The notes: a model not told the origin generated them from the sequence alone. A stretch of DNA of 64,000 nt from Octopus sinensis (GCF_006345805.1 NC_043000.1:25358001-25422000); one strand, 5' to 3'; shown: positions 25,654-39,827, numbered from the stretch's first letter. Numbers and translations are program-made.

Positions 25654-26441
25654 ACTCTCGCTCTCTCACCCCTTACGTCCATATCTACTCTGTTATTATG
25701 TTATCAGACAGGTGTGTACAGGTGTGTACAGGTGTGTATGTGTGTTTGTGTGTGAGATGCGCGCGACGTATCTGTGTATGTGTGTGCGCACGCGCGTTTG
25801 AGTGCGTGTGTGTTCAGGTGTTCAGAAGATCCTTCCCCCCTCTTCCTCCCCTACCCCATCCATCATTTCGCACCAATTCTTGGACTCGCCGACTTCTGAG
25901 AATCCAACATAGAATTTAGTGCATCGCACCTCATGCTTCGTTTACGTCTGTTGCAACGGCGACGGCATCATGTTTTCGTATTAGCATTTATCACCAGGGA
26001 GATTACACCTCAGCCGAATTTCATTTCTTTATTCCGAAGACGGAGAACTAAATCGATAATACCATCTGCTTATTTAGTATGATTGATAAATGCGAAGAAG
26101 AGAGAAAGCCTGCGAGGTTAGGCGAGAGAAGAAGAAAAAAAATCGTCTTACGCATAACACAACTAGTGTAAATATGGCCAATGCTAACATTTATACGTTG
26201 AGCAAATATTAACCGGCCCAAGAAGAAACAAACAAACAAACAAACAAACAAGCCGACCGACCAACCAACTAACTGGAAATAATAAATAAATATTTACGTT
26301 TGCTTCTCATCTACATAGTTCCCAGTTCAGTCCCACAGCACGGCACCTTGGGAAAATGTCTTCTGCTATAGTCTCGGGCCGACCAAATCCTTGTGAGAAG
26401 ATTTCGCAGACGGAAACTGAAAGCTGCCCATCGTGTGTGTG

Positions 26442-26492
<51 letters not shown>

Positions 26493-26504
26493 ATATATAT
26501 ATAT

Positions 26505-26558
<54 letters not shown>

Positions 26559-26561
26559 TAT

Positions 26562-26614
<53 letters not shown>

Positions 26615-26794
26615 TAGATATATATACATACATAAAATCATCATCATCATCATTATTACTATCATTTAATGTTCGTTTTCTATACGGGCTGGGATTGGAC
26701 GGTTTGACAGACGCCTCACTGTTTTGGTTTGGTTTCTTACAGCTGGATGCCCTTCCTAAAGCGAAATATGCATACATGCATACATACATACATT

Positions 26795-26960
26795 ATATCC
26801 ACATGGGTCCGGGTTCAGTCCCACTGCGTGGTACCTTGGGCAAGTGTCTTCTACTATAGCCTCGGGCCGACCAAAGCCTTGTGAGTGGATTTGGTAGACG
26901 GAAACTGAAAGAAGCCTGTTGTACATATATATATGTGTGTTTGTTTGTGTGTGTGTGTGT

Positions 26961-26998
<38 letters not shown>

Positions 26999-27240
26999 GT
27001 GTGTGTGGTGTGTGTGTGTGTGTTGTGTGTGTGTGTGTTTGTGTGTCTGTGTTTGTTCCCCAACATCGCTTGACAATCGATGCTGGTGTGTTTCCGTTCC
27101 TTGTCACTTAGCGGTTCGGCCAGAGAGACCGATACAATAAGTAGTAGGTTTGCAAAGAATAAGTCCTGGGGTCGATTTGCGACTAAAGGCGGTGCTCCAG
27201 CATGACCACAGTCAAATGACTGAAACAAATAAAAAAATTA
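26795..27240 (+). mobile_element. CORE-type tRNA SINE
   Basis: B-box, core, internal (GT)n and tail. Confidence 0.85.
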
Positions 27241-27266
27241 AACAACAAAAAATTTGTATATATATA

Positions 27267-27703
<437 letters not shown>

Positions 27704-28093
27704 ATATATATATATATATACTTCTAATATAAGGATAAAGTTTTATTAAAAAATATTATTATTTCTTTTTAAGGTGAAGATTTTACTTTTATTTTACTAT
27801 TTTAAAATTTTACTATTATAAATAAGAGCAAGAAGAAGAAAAATTTCTTTGCCAATATGCTGAAAAAATAAACACTAAATCGTTTTATTACACCACGTGC
27901 CGAAATAAATTAATTCTCATTCACTTCGGAACTGGTTAACCATTTGTGTGCGTTTCCTGACCGACTACACTTGTCCCGAGGCTTGCCACGGAATTTCGAT
28001 TTGGATATTTTTGGGGTACTTAAATGTATTCATGACTGTGCATCTGCTTTTCCGTGGGTATGTCTAAGTATTTCAATTATTTTCGTTTTGTGT

Positions 28094-28154
28094 TCTTCGC
28101 TGATGAAGGAAGAATCGTTTTTGGATTAATCCAGAAATCGGAACCGATTCGGGG
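28094..28154 (+). ncRNA. Type I hammerhead ribozyme motif
   Basis: Stem I UCUUCG/CGGGGA; CUGAUGA(28100-28106); stem II GGA/UCC with inner AAUC/GAUU; extra A; GAAA; stem III AUCGG-AA-CCGAU; AUU triplet. Confidence 0.6.
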
Positions 28155-28321
28155 ATAACTATATTTTTATGGCTTTCTGTTAGCTTGCTTTCCTCGTTTC
28201 GGCACGTTGTGTATTAATACAAGTGAAAATATTTTATGTGGTTAGAAGATTTAGCGTCTATTTTTTCAACATATTGGCAAGGAAAATTTATTATCATTAT
28301 TCATTTATTTAGTTATTATTA

Positions 28322-28379
<58 letters not shown>

Positions 28380-28397
28380 CATCATCATTATCATTAT

Positions 28398-28565
28398 TAT
28401 TCAGGTCAATGCTTGGAATCAAGCGCTGGCTACTAACCCCAAGATTCCGAATTCGATTCCAGGCAGTGACCTGAATATTAAAAATAATAATGATAATAAT
28501 AATAATAATAATAATATAATAATAATAATAGTAATAATAATAATAACAATAATAATAATACCAGC

Positions 28566-28596
<31 letters not shown>

Positions 28597-28755
28597 TGAA
28601 AAATACCTTACAAATGAGAACCCTAAGTTCGAAATTTCCCCATGAAGGCTGGAGGGTATATCAGCCGAAACGTTGTGTTAACAACAAACAAGACGAGGAC
28701 AAATATCCGTCAAATGTAAATCATGTACTTAATTCCTCATCTCTTAAATATAGAA
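28398..28755 (+). mobile_element. Composite repeat: inverted 23-bp arms around a tRNA-like B-box, then a Penelope-like tail with a partial hammerhead
   Basis: 28398-28420 vs 28455-28477 inverted (21/23); GGCTG..CAGCC-GAAACGTT at 28647-28674; tail homologous to the reverse complement of ~14975-15050. Confidence 0.5.
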
Positions 28756-29509
28756 CTGTATGAAGCAAGCAAGATATAAAAGATAATTGATTACAAAGAA
28801 CATCTTCACTTCCGCCGTTTTCTTGAAGCAGAACACAGCATTACTTTGAATCCCAGGAATTGTTTCTTCGTATCTTGATATTACACCTATCAGTTTGAAC
28901 ATCTTTTGAACACGGAACATATTTGTGAGCCACCCTGTTATTATAGTGGACATTTCTTCCTCTGAAGAGATTTTGTAGATGCAATAAGATAAATTATAGT
29001 CTGGACTGGACACTGTTTTTCGACGAAACAATCGTTAAAATTTTTCGCGAAGAATAATGAACAGTTACAAGAAAATTTCTACCATAAAATCTTTAAATTG
29101 ACATACATACTTAAAGCAACCTTAGATTTAAATACCAGTTTGTATAACAGTTGTGGTGTGTGTATATAAACATGGGACGGCAATATTTTATTTTAGAAAT
29201 TTCTCAAAAGTATTTTAATCTAAGGCTATATGACGTGTGTATATTAATTTAATTCTTGTCTGGCTAGCTTTTGCACAAATCAGTTTTGTTTATTGATTTC
29301 TGTATTTGAACAAGCATTTTCTATTTAGATCCGAACATCCAGTGTATTATCACTGAAGAGTCGAAGTAATGTTGAAACTCCGAGTCTAGAGACCCACCGA
29401 CTTTCTGAACGAAGTCCTGTGTTTTAACACAAAAGCCTCTCTTTAACAATTTCCTCTGAGACAAAATATTATAACTGCTGCTGTTCCTCGCGTTTGTATA
29501 TATATTGCT

Positions 29510-29737
29510 CTTTTATTATTTTATTTGTTTCAGTCATTTGACTGCGGCCATGCTGGAGCACCGCCTTTAGTCAAGCAAATCGACCCCAGGACTTACTCTT
29601 TGTAAGCCTAGTACTTATTCTATCGGTCTCTTTTACCGAACCGCTAAGTTAAGGGGACGTAAACACACCAGCATCAGTTGTCAAGCAATGTTGGGGGGAC
29701 AAACACAGACACACAAGCATATACATACATACATACA

Positions 29738-29770
<33 letters not shown>

Positions 29771-29781
29771 GTATGTATATG

Positions 29782-29841
<60 letters not shown>

Positions 29842-30015
29842 ATACATACGACGGGCTTCTCTTAGATTCTGTCTACCAAATCCACTCACAAGGTTTTGGT
29901 CGGCCCGAGATTATAGTAGAAGACACTTGCCCAAGATGCCACGCAGTAGAACTGAATCCAGAACCATGCCATTGGTAAGCAAGCTACTTACCACCACACA
30001 GCCACTCCTGCGTCT
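29510..30015 (-). mobile_element. CORE-type tRNA SINE, full length
   Basis: Complete head, core and tail. Confidence 0.9.
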
Positions 30016-30074
30016 ATATATGATAAATTACTATGATGTGAAGATCGATTCTAACTTCCACAAACTACATTAAA

Positions 30075-30466
30075 TCTCTCTCTATATAAAGCTGAAGTTG
30101 TCTGTGTATGGCAGGTTTGGTAGCCTTCAACTAACACTATCTCCTCCGAGATCCTGTGGCACATGTTGACCAAAATTGAGAGTATGAAAGAAGAAGGCTT
30201 GCTCTTCATTCCTTAGAAGATAAAATTCAAATCGGACCATGTTAATACCAAAAATTATTTACATCAAAAAGGTGCTTTCTTTCTATGAAAATCCCTATTT
30301 TTTACGATTTTTTGACTGCTGTGTCGCCATTTTTCGGTGTATTTCAACCAGAAAAATGTTCACTTAAAGAGAATAACAAGCTACATAATGCAAAATTTTT
30401 ACTTTTCAAAAATTCCAATTCTAACGGGTCGAAACAGACTCGAGCAACGCCGGGCGATACTGCTAG
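30075..30466 (+). mobile_element. Non-autonomous Helitron, family B
   Basis: Homologous to 17357-17734; A|TC..CTAG|T. Confidence 0.85.
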
Positions 30467-30529
30467 TAATTTAATAAAACTAAACACAAATGTATATTTG
30501 CTAAGATGGAACTTTTTCACTAAAGAAGA

Positions 30530-32450
30530 ATTTTAGGCCTTTCCTATTTCAGCAACACTAGGCTACAAATTTCGACTTTTTTTTTCTTTTCTTTTTTTTT
30601 TTTTTTCTTACAGACACGTAAACTACTGATTCCTACAATTTTCTGATGCTAATTTCAGATCTGATATCTAAATATATCTATCACGTCCAGATTCTGTGTA
30701 ACCGGAAAGCTCTATTTTTGCCTTTTTTTCTCACCTGCTTCTGAGCTACTTTTCCATGCCACGTTTTATGTCAACCATACTTAAATAATTAGTGAACAGA
30801 GGTGAATGTTTTTCATTGCTGCTGTGCAGTTATGCAGTTTTAAGGCTAGCTTTATTAGAGTCAATGAACAGTCTCCATTCTTTTGGATTATTGCAAAAGT
30901 CAATCCTTTTCATCAAGTCACTGATATCACGGCAGAAACTAACATTTTCCTGCTGTAAGTTAAATGATGAAAACTGTAAATAGCGATGACAGAAATACGA
31001 AACTTTGAAATACGAAATATTTGGCCGGAGAAAACCCCATTCTTGAAGTCTTGAACCAAGTAACACTGCCTTTTCGTTTGGTAATTTCAACTCGCGAACT
31101 AAATCATTTAACTCCGCCTGACTTAACAGTTGTGGGGAACTAGTTGCATCTGGAACATGTAACCCATCTTTCCCTATTTCTATATTACTAGCAGGATCTT
31201 CTGATGAACTGCCATCTGCTGTTGTTGTTGTTGTTGTTAAGCAACAAGGCGGGTAAGGGTGATTTCACTGCATCCGGCAGGTTGGGAGCGGAAGTCCACT
31301 TTCTCCAGATCCGAAGGACAAGGAGAGGGTCACTGGCCAGAATGTCTTGGGGTGGTTGACATTTGCGGCAGGCGATGGATCTGTGGACAGCCGTAGATGA
31401 CATGCTCTGCCGCCTCCTCTCCCAGTCCGCACTTTCTGCAGGTTCTGTCTATGGCTCGGTCGATCTTACAGAGCCTGTACTGTGGGCCGGTCAAGAATTT
31501 GGACCTGGAGATCTCCATTTCCAGCGACTTCAAGGGCCACCTCCCAGTGGTGTCGGGCGTCAATGAAGAGCCATCGACTACAACAAGACGACCAAAGGGT
31601 GCTGTTGCTGGTGGAACTGATGACGGATTTGTTTCATCCTGTGGTACTGGTTTTATTGCTGACTCGCAGTTTGGGTTTATGACTTTTTATTTGTTTTTCT
31701 TTGTGAAACCAGCAATCTCTGTCAAACAAAAATAAGTCCCTGAAGTGAATTTTCGGCTCACACTAAACCATGGAGATTGAGAACAGCATAGCATTTTTTT
31801 TTACCATTCAGCAAATACGTGGTGCCCAGTTCCTCTCTAGTTCTCGTAACTTACAGACAAAATAATACTTGTAGGCAAGTTTAATTTTTGTTATTATGTT
31901 TCTACGTTGTGGCTTAGTGGGTGTATATTGTCCACAGTTATAGCAGTTGTCTGGGTGATTTACAGAAGCACATCTGTTTGATTGCATTTTAATTACCACA
32001 CAATATCTGAAAAAAATAAAACGTAGAAGGTAACAATTACGATGTACAAAATAAAATGAAATACGCATCGTAGTACAGAACACAAGTTACCACAGCTTGT
32101 TACTTCCTTACCAGCAGAGAGCTTCAATAAGTGCTGTACTTCTCTGTTACGTAGCGACTGACCGTTGGGCCAACACCATGCTACAGCGATAGAATTTGTA
32201 TAAAGTAGGTAAACAAAAATTGCTTTAACCTTGAAAAGCAAGTTTCATATTCCCGGCATTAAGGCGATTAATTCCAAAATTTAGGCGTAGTAGGAAATTT
32301 TACGAAGTGATTTGCATTTTACAGAAAATCTAGACGTAAAACAAGAAAATCTAATTATAGATTTGAAATCAACCGAAATTAACAAGGAACACCTCTTTGG
32401 TCTTCTGTAGCAAATTCTTTGTTGTTTAGAGTAATTTACTAAAGGATTTT
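30530..32450 (-). pseudogene. Decayed DNA transposon (transposase with CYxCG..AY..YF..WAP and WRLFIDS motifs); superfamily not assigned
   Basis: 31808-32083 reads NHPDNCYNCGQYT..KLAYKYYF..NWAPRIC; 30830-31090 reads SFCRDISDLM..EWRLFIDSNKASLK. Both motifs are recognised from a widespread invertebrate transposase family. Confidence 0.65.
31220..31620 (-). mobile_element. I/R1-like LINE, 3' end, nested in the DNA transposon
   Basis: CRKCGLGEEAAEHVIYGCP C-terminal CCHC finger; (AAC)n tail at 31220-31238. Confidence 0.7.
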
Positions 32451-32454
32451 TTTT

Positions 32455-32815
32455 CAGACTACGGCCATACTGGAGCACCGCATTTAGTCGAGCAAATAGA
32501 CTCCAGGACTTATTCTTTGTAAGCCTTGTACTTATTCTATCGGTCTCTTTCGCCGAACGTTACGGGGACTTAAACATACCAGCATCGGTTGTCAAGCGAT
32601 GGTGGGGGGACAAACACACATACACGCACACACATATATATATACATATATACGACGGGCTTCTTTCAGTTTCCGTCTACCAAATCCACTCACAAGGCTT
32701 TGGTCGGCCCGAGGCTATAGTAGAAGACACTTGCCCAAAGTGCCACGTAGTGGGACTGAACCCGGAACCAAGTGGTTGGTAAGCAAGCTACTTACGACAC
32801 AGCCACTCCTGCGCC
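32455..32815 (-). mobile_element. CORE-type tRNA SINE
   Basis: Head, core and tail present. Confidence 0.85.
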
Positions 32816-32839
32816 TATAAACAAAACGGACGAAATACC

Positions 32840-33055
32840 TATTTCTTTACTACCCACAAGGGGCTAAACACAGAGAGGAGAAACAAGGACAGACAAACGG
32901 ATTAAGTCGATTATATAGACCCCAGTGCGTAACTGGTATTTATTTAATCGACCCCGAAAGGATGAAAGGCAAAGTCGACCTCGGCAGAATTTGAACTCAG
33001 AACGTAGCGGCAGACGAAATACCGCTAAGCATTTCGCCCGGGGTGCTAACGATTT
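32840..33055 (-). mobile_element. tRNA/Meta-like SINE, tail A, ending at the GACGAAATACC target motif
   Basis: GACGAAATACC at 32829-32839 abuts the tail and recurs at 33013-33023. Confidence 0.85.
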
Positions 33056-33791
33056 AAAACTATTTAACAACCACGCAATTCCTTGCTCTTTTCTTTCTCC
33101 ATGAAGGAGTGATAGTTATTCCGAAAGTCCGACGATCAACTGTTGCCCCTATCAAACGGGTGTAATAGTTTATTTGCCAATTCTTTACTAAATAAAAGAA
33201 CTGGCTGTTGATAATAGGCAAGTACCGAATTTTATTTGTTCGGCTGACTACGCCTGCATAATCTCTCAAGGAAAAAATTCAATTGACTTCCCTATCTTTA
33301 TGAGAAAAGTGAACTAGCATTAACTGAAAATCGAAGTCCCATATAGACCGAGCTTACTTTTTGCTTGTAGCAAGCGGGGTGTGTTTGAAATACGTAAATA
33401 TTACAGTCCTCTTTTTAGCCTTCTATAAATTGCAGGAGATATGTGCTTTGGTTAAAAAGAAATCAATATTCAAAATACTTAGAGTAAGGTGTGTTTAAGT
33501 AAAAGGATGTAACATCAGATTAGTTTTTTACGATAACTGCAGGGTGTTATGTTTCTGTTATCCAATCAAATATGAGCCGACTTTACTTTTCATTCCTCTG
33601 ACATCGATAAAATAAACAAAGTAATCGATATTTAGGAATTTTTATGTGAGGACGAGTTCGCAAAAACAGTTGAGTTGAGCGAAATATTTTTTCCAGTGCT
33701 GTTGACGTCATAAGAATTCAGAAACTTCGACAGAACGTGAAATACTTCACTTTTAACTGTTGAAATCGAAGTAGAAATACTATAGATAAAA

Positions 33792-34165
33792 CTAGCAGTA
33801 TCGCCCGGTGTTGCTCGGGTTTGTTTCGACCCTTTAGAATAGGAATTTCTATGTAGCTTGTTATATTCTTTAAGTAAACATTTTTCTGGTTGAAATACAC
33901 AAAAAAATGGCGACACAGCAGTCAAAAAATCGTTAAAAATAGGGATTTTCATAGAAAAAAAAGCACCTTTTTGATGTAAATGATTTTTGGTGCTAACATG
34001 GTCCGATTTTAATTTTTTCTTCTACGGAAGAAAAAGCAAGCCTTCTTCTATCATACTCTCAATTTTGGTCAACTTGCGCCGCAGGGTCTCGGAGGAGATA
34101 GTATTAGTTGAAGGCTACCAAACCTGCCATACACAGACAACTTCAGCTTTATATATATATGGAGA
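33792..34165 (-). mobile_element. Non-autonomous Helitron, family B
   Basis: Reverse-complement homologue of 17357-17734. Confidence 0.85.
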
Positions 34166-34639
34166 TTGGTATAAATAATAAAACCTAAATTCGAGTCCTA
34201 TTGGCAGCCATTGAATGTTTCTATCCAAAGGTGTTTTTTTACCAATACTTATAGACGATCATTTATAGCCTTTTCTACTTCGAGCTCAACCGTTAAAAAT
34301 GAATTATATTTTTCTAGCCTCTCCTCTCGATGCTCTGGGTTCGTAGTTTTCTATATCTGGTCAAACGTAATGACCAAATTTAACCATTGTATTTCGCTTT
34401 TTTTCTTTAAAAAATGCGTAATACTTGGTTGAAGTAAAAAAAAAACATTGCAAGACGGTCCAGTTTTCGAGAAAGGGTAATATTACCAAAAGCAATTGAT
34501 TGTTGGAATAACTTTTTCACTATCTTCCTCCTCGTTTTCTCTATGTTCTGAGTTTGAAAATCTACTACTACTACTACTACTACGACAACGACGACGACGA
34601 TGACGACAACTACTACTACTACTAGTTGTAGTAGTAGTA

Positions 34640-34860
34640 GTATATTTCTTAATTGCCCACAAGGAGCTAAACATAGAGGGGACAAACAAGGACAGACAAA
34701 GGGATTGAGTCGATTACATCGACCTCAGTGCGTAACTGGTACTTTATTTATCGACCCCGAAAGGATGAAAGGCAAAGCGGAATTTGAACTCAGAACATAA
34801 CGACAGACGAAATACGGCTACGCATTTCGCCCGGCGTGTTAACGTTTCAGCCAGCGCACC
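34640..34860 (-). mobile_element. tRNA/Meta-like SINE, tail A, within (TAG)n
   Basis: Near-full copy flanked by TAG repeats on both sides. Confidence 0.85.
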
Positions 34861-34887
34861 GATTTAGTAGTAGTAGTAGTAGTAGTA

Positions 34888-34920
<33 letters not shown>

Positions 34921-35479
34921 AGTAGTAGTAGTAGTAGTAGTAGTTGTTGTTGTTCCTTAGCCTCTTATTTTAGTCCCGAATGAGCAAAGCTACAACCACG
35001 AGTGTCCTAGTTTCAGATGATAGGGCGTGACTTGAGGGAGATTTGGCTGCTATTTATAACAGTTTGAATAACTACGAAGAGCAAGTCCACCTTCTTATCA
35101 ATTTAGTTGATTCCATCCATTATACTCCGTCCCCATTTGTTAATGTTAATTACTGATTAGATTGCATCAATTATAATCACCCATGCACACACATTTGTGA
35201 AATTCCAGTTAGATCCAGTCAACTATACTCTCGGTTCCACAGCAAAAATTGTTTACGCAGTCTCTATAGAACGATATTTGGTGGCCTATAAGAGGCCCCT
35301 ATTTTTTCAAAAGAGATGTCCCCAAAAAATCACTCTTGGTCTTTTATACGAAATTGGACCTCCCATAAGGTAAGCTTTCCCGGACCGTCACTGCTAGATG
35401 GTCCCCTGAGTTTTGGTTCGTGTTCAATTCTAGAGGGAGCTGGCTTTTTATAAAGTGTATTCTACTTCGTTGTTTTTTT

Positions 35480-35870
35480 TTCTCTTTTACTCTTTTATTT
35501 GTTTCAGTCATTTGACTACGGCCATGCTGGAGCACCGCATTTTAGTCGAGCAAATCGACCCTAGGACTTATTCTTTGTATGCCTAGTACTTATTCTATCG
35601 GTCTCTTTCGCCGAACGTTACGGGGACTTAAACACACCAGCATCGGTTGTCGAGCGATGTTAGGGGGACAAACACAGACACACAAACATATATACATATG
35701 CATGTATACGACGGGCTTCTTTCAGTTTCCGTCTATCAAATCCACTCACAAGGCTTTGGTCGGCCCGAGGCTATACCAGAAGACACTTGCCCAAAGTGCC
35801 GCGCAGTGGGACTGAACCCGGAACCATGTGGTTGGTAAGCAAGCTACTTATCACACAGCCACTTCTGCGC
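35480..35870 (-). mobile_element. CORE-type tRNA SINE
   Basis: Complete head, core and tail. Confidence 0.9.
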
Positions 35871-36887
35871 CGTATGTTTTACTATTGTAATCTAGTAAGA
35901 TATTTTCATTATCACAATTTTCTTATCTTATGTTTATCTCTATTACTAACTTACTTTCTGTATACATTGATGTTTTCTGCAATAACTATAATACTTTTGT
36001 AATGTTTTGTAATGTACTGTTAAACTTCTATAAATATTACATATTTTAATGCACTGAAATTTATTTTCCTGAAACTGCGCAGCTGATATTGGGATGCGTC
36101 TGGTATACCCATGCATCTTTTATGCCGCCAAATACGTTAAATCTCTAAATTGGCAGAAATTCACAGAGCACCAGAATATATGATTGCACGTATGAGTTCA
36201 AATACTGTCTACATCAATTTATTCTTTCGTCGATCTGAGGGTTTGACAAAATAAAGAAACACTTCTGCGAAAGAACAAAAGAAAAAAAAAGATTATCTTA
36301 TGTGTAAATCAAAGAAAACAAATCTTAAAGGAATATATTGGCCTGGACAGCTTTATAGAATTTGACCAAAGCCGAGATGAATGATTTGACCTAAAAGATT
36401 TTTCAAATAGTTAATGGAAACCACTTTGATAAGGGAGATAAACGGAAATGACAAATCGACATTTCTTACGAAAAAGAAAATAGAAAGAAAAATCCATGCA
36501 AGGTAATAGTCTTACTATTCTGTTAGTCTGCGATTTATTCTTTCATTGATCGAATGAGTATCTTCCGGAAATCAACTTTCCAGTCGGTTCCAACATTTTC
36601 ATATTAATTTGTGAATGAAAATAATTAATAACCGGAAATTAAAATTAAAACACACCTACATGGAGCAATCATCTCAATGTATATTATGTTTGGGAAGGTG
36701 GTCGTAATGGGCTTTCTTTGTAAGCTGGACAGCTTAACATAATCCTCCAGGTGGCGGGAATATCAAAGCGATGAATCTAACATGGAAAGAGACTGCTGCA
36801 TATAATCAATCTCACACGGTCTGTAAATGTATAGTTTCATATATCATATATATAGCACTATCTATCTACTTACATACATACATATAA

Positions 36888-37070
36888 GTGCAGGAGTGGC
36901 TGTGTGGTAAGTAGCTTGCTTACCAACCACATGGTTCCGGATTCAGTCCCACTGCGTGGCATCTTGGGCAAGTGTCTTCTACTATAGCATCGGGTCGACC
37001 AAAGCCTTGTGAGTGGATTTGGTAGACGGAAACTGAAAGAAGCCCGTCGTATATATGTATATGTGTGTGC

Positions 37071-37117
<47 letters not shown>

Positions 37118-37325
37118 TGTGCCTGTGTTTGTCCACCTAACATTGCTTGACAACCGTTGCTGGTGTGTTTATGTCCCCATCACTTAGCGGTTCGGCGAAA
37201 GAGACCGATAGAATAAGTACTAGGCTTACAAAGAATAAGTCCCGGGGTCGATTTGTTTGACTAAAGGCGGTGCTCCAGCATGGCCGCAGTCAAATGACTG
37301 AAACAAGTAAAAGAGTAAAAGAGTA
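36888..37325 (+). mobile_element. CORE-type tRNA SINE, full length
   Basis: Complete; ends GTAAAAGAGTAAAAGAG. Confidence 0.9.
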
Positions 37326-37697
37326 TACATACATACATACCTACCTGCTTATCTACCTACCAGCGTACCTACCTACCTACATACATACATATTTGTCTGT
37401 GTGTGTGTGTGTGTATACACACATATGTATATGCACACGCATGCACAGACATATAGAACATATAGAGAAATACAGGTATATCAAATACCATACATGAATT
37501 CTTGATTTATTAAAATTATTTCCGCGAACCAAATGGCGATTAATACCAGTTTCACTTGAGAAGAGAGATAATCACAAGAACCAATAATTCTCCAAAACTT
37601 ACTTGCTACTAGGAAAAGGACAGGTTTAGTATCTGGAGATAAGAGATCGATATATATGCGCTTATTATTTCTGTATAAGTATGCATTTATATTATCT

Positions 37698-37790
<93 letters not shown>

Positions 37791-37862
37791 TATATATATA
37801 TATTATATATGTATGTATGTATGTATGTATATATACGTGTGTGTGCATGTGTGTGTATGTAT

Positions 37863-37901
<39 letters not shown>

Positions 37902-38592
37902 TGTGTGTGTGTGTGTGTGTGTGTGGCATGTGTGTGTGTCTATGTGTGTGTGTTTTTACGTATGTGTGCGTGCATGTGTGTGAATATATATACAGTCAAC
38001 TGAGCCAAACCCTGTGAAATATGAGTAGAATACCAATGCAGTGTGGGTTATGAATAACGTATGCTTATGTAATAATGTTGCATACATATGCCTATCCATA
38101 CATACATATATATATACATACAATCTGTAAGTGGAACAATAAAGATATGCAAGACTTTTCTCAAGTTTATAATGGGACATTCTTGTTATCCAGTTCCAAC
38201 GATGGAGCTTTGTATCGTTGTTAGAAACCAGCTCTTTCCTCAGATCAAAAACTTAAATAATTAAAAACAGAAGAAAACATACATACACACACATATACAT
38301 ACATACATACATACATACATACATACATACATACATACATACATACATACATACATACATACATACATACATACTTACTAGGGCAGAATAAAACAGATTT
38401 AGTTAATTCTTTATCATATCAGAAATTATATAATCTTTACACATATTTCAGTCGCGTATTCTAGTGTGCACTGCAGTAATCGTTACGTAGACGATTTCAT
38501 AATCACCTTCAAACGCTAGATCTTCAGAAGAAAATTGTAATTTAATCCACAACTATTTACCAACAATTGGTTAGCGAGGTGAATCGCATTTG

Positions 38593-38664
<72 letters not shown>

Positions 38665-38719
38665 TTTCGCAAAGAAAAGGCTTACTGCTACTTCGAAGTT
38701 GCGAGACTAACTTTCATCG

Positions 38720-38765
38720 GACACTCTGATGAAGGCTGTATATCTGAAACTTCGAAGTAACTGTC
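38720..38765 (+). ncRNA. Minimal type I hammerhead ribozyme with canonical core
   Basis: GACACU/ACUGUC stem I (5/6); CUGAUGA(38726-38732); AGG/UCU stem II; GAAAC; palindromic ACUUCGAAGU; GUA triplet. Confidence 0.7.
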
Positions 38766-38859
38766 AGAAATATAATGTTACTTTACCTAAAAGTAATGAA
38801 TGTCACTCCAATTTAATGTCTGACTGTTTTACATATAATTGTATAATAATAATAACAAT

Positions 38860-39075
38860 AATAGTCATTCTACTGTAAGCACAGAAGGCCTGAAATTTGG
38901 GAGGAAGGGGACTAGTCGATTACACCGACTCCAGTATTTCACTGGTACTTAATTTATCGATCCCAAAGGAATGAAAAGTAAAGTCGACCTCGACGGAATT
39001 TGAACTCAAAACGACAGGCGAAGTGCTGCTTTGCATTTCGCCCGGCGTGTTAACGATTCTGTCTGCTCGCCGCCT
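38860..39075 (-). mobile_element. tRNA/Meta-like SINE, tail type C
   Basis: Same head and core; tail CCCAAATTTCAGGCCTTCTGTGC..(ATT)n. Confidence 0.8.
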
Positions 39076-39284
39076 TGAAAATAATAATAGCAGACTGTGG
39101 AAAGAGTGACGAAAATGTGACCCACTTGGTACGTGGATGTGAAAGCCTTGCACAAAAAGAATACAAGCGCCGCCACGATAAAATGTGGGTGTATCTTCAT
39201 TGGCTCTTATGCCGTAAATACCAGTATGAAGTAACAGAGAACTAGTGTTAACATGTACCAAGGAAAGTTATGCCGGAGGATGGA

Positions 39285-39720
39285 AAAGTAACGATATTCT
39301 GGGACTATGATTTTCAGACGGATCGTGTAATCGAACACCATCGGCCGATTTATTGTCATATTGAATAAGAGAGACAAATACTGTCAGATCATTGTTGTAG
39401 CCATACCAAATGACATGAATGTTGTGAGTTAAGAGGTTGAAAAAAATCACCAAGTACTCCGTATTGAAAGAGGAAATGGCAAGACTGTATGGAATGCGAG
39501 AGTGTAATGTAAAAGTGATACCAGTGGTAATCAGAGCATTGGGCTCAATCCCATTGAAACTTCAAAACAGGAAATCCCATGCAAGATTGATGTCTTGCAA
39601 AAAGCAGCCTTATTGGGCACAGCGCACATTTTAAGGAAAGTATTATCTGTCTGAGGTCCTTGTTGTGACTTGACAGATGAATAGCTCCGGTGCGTTTTTA
39701 CCTACACTGTGGTACGAAGG
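39285..39720 (+). mobile_element. R4/Dong-type LINE, 3' end (RLE domain)
   Basis: IFWDYDFQTDRVIEHHRP..KITKY..L..E..VIPVVI.ALG..LQKAALLGTAHILRKVL; followed by AAT/AAC repeats. Confidence 0.85.
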
Positions 39721-39738
39721 AATAATAACAAGAACAAG

Positions 39739-39777
<39 letters not shown>

Positions 39778-39787
39778 AATAATAATA

Positions 39788-39827
<40 letters not shown>

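Noticed and set aside
29348-29390. CUGAAGA...GAAAC-UCCGA-GUC hammerhead-like motif
   Set aside because: Stems I and II do not pair convincingly; at most a decayed remnant.
36690-36835. Possible terminal exon on the minus strand (PCEIDYMQQSLSMLDSSL*)
   Set aside because: Too short, with no recognisable homology.
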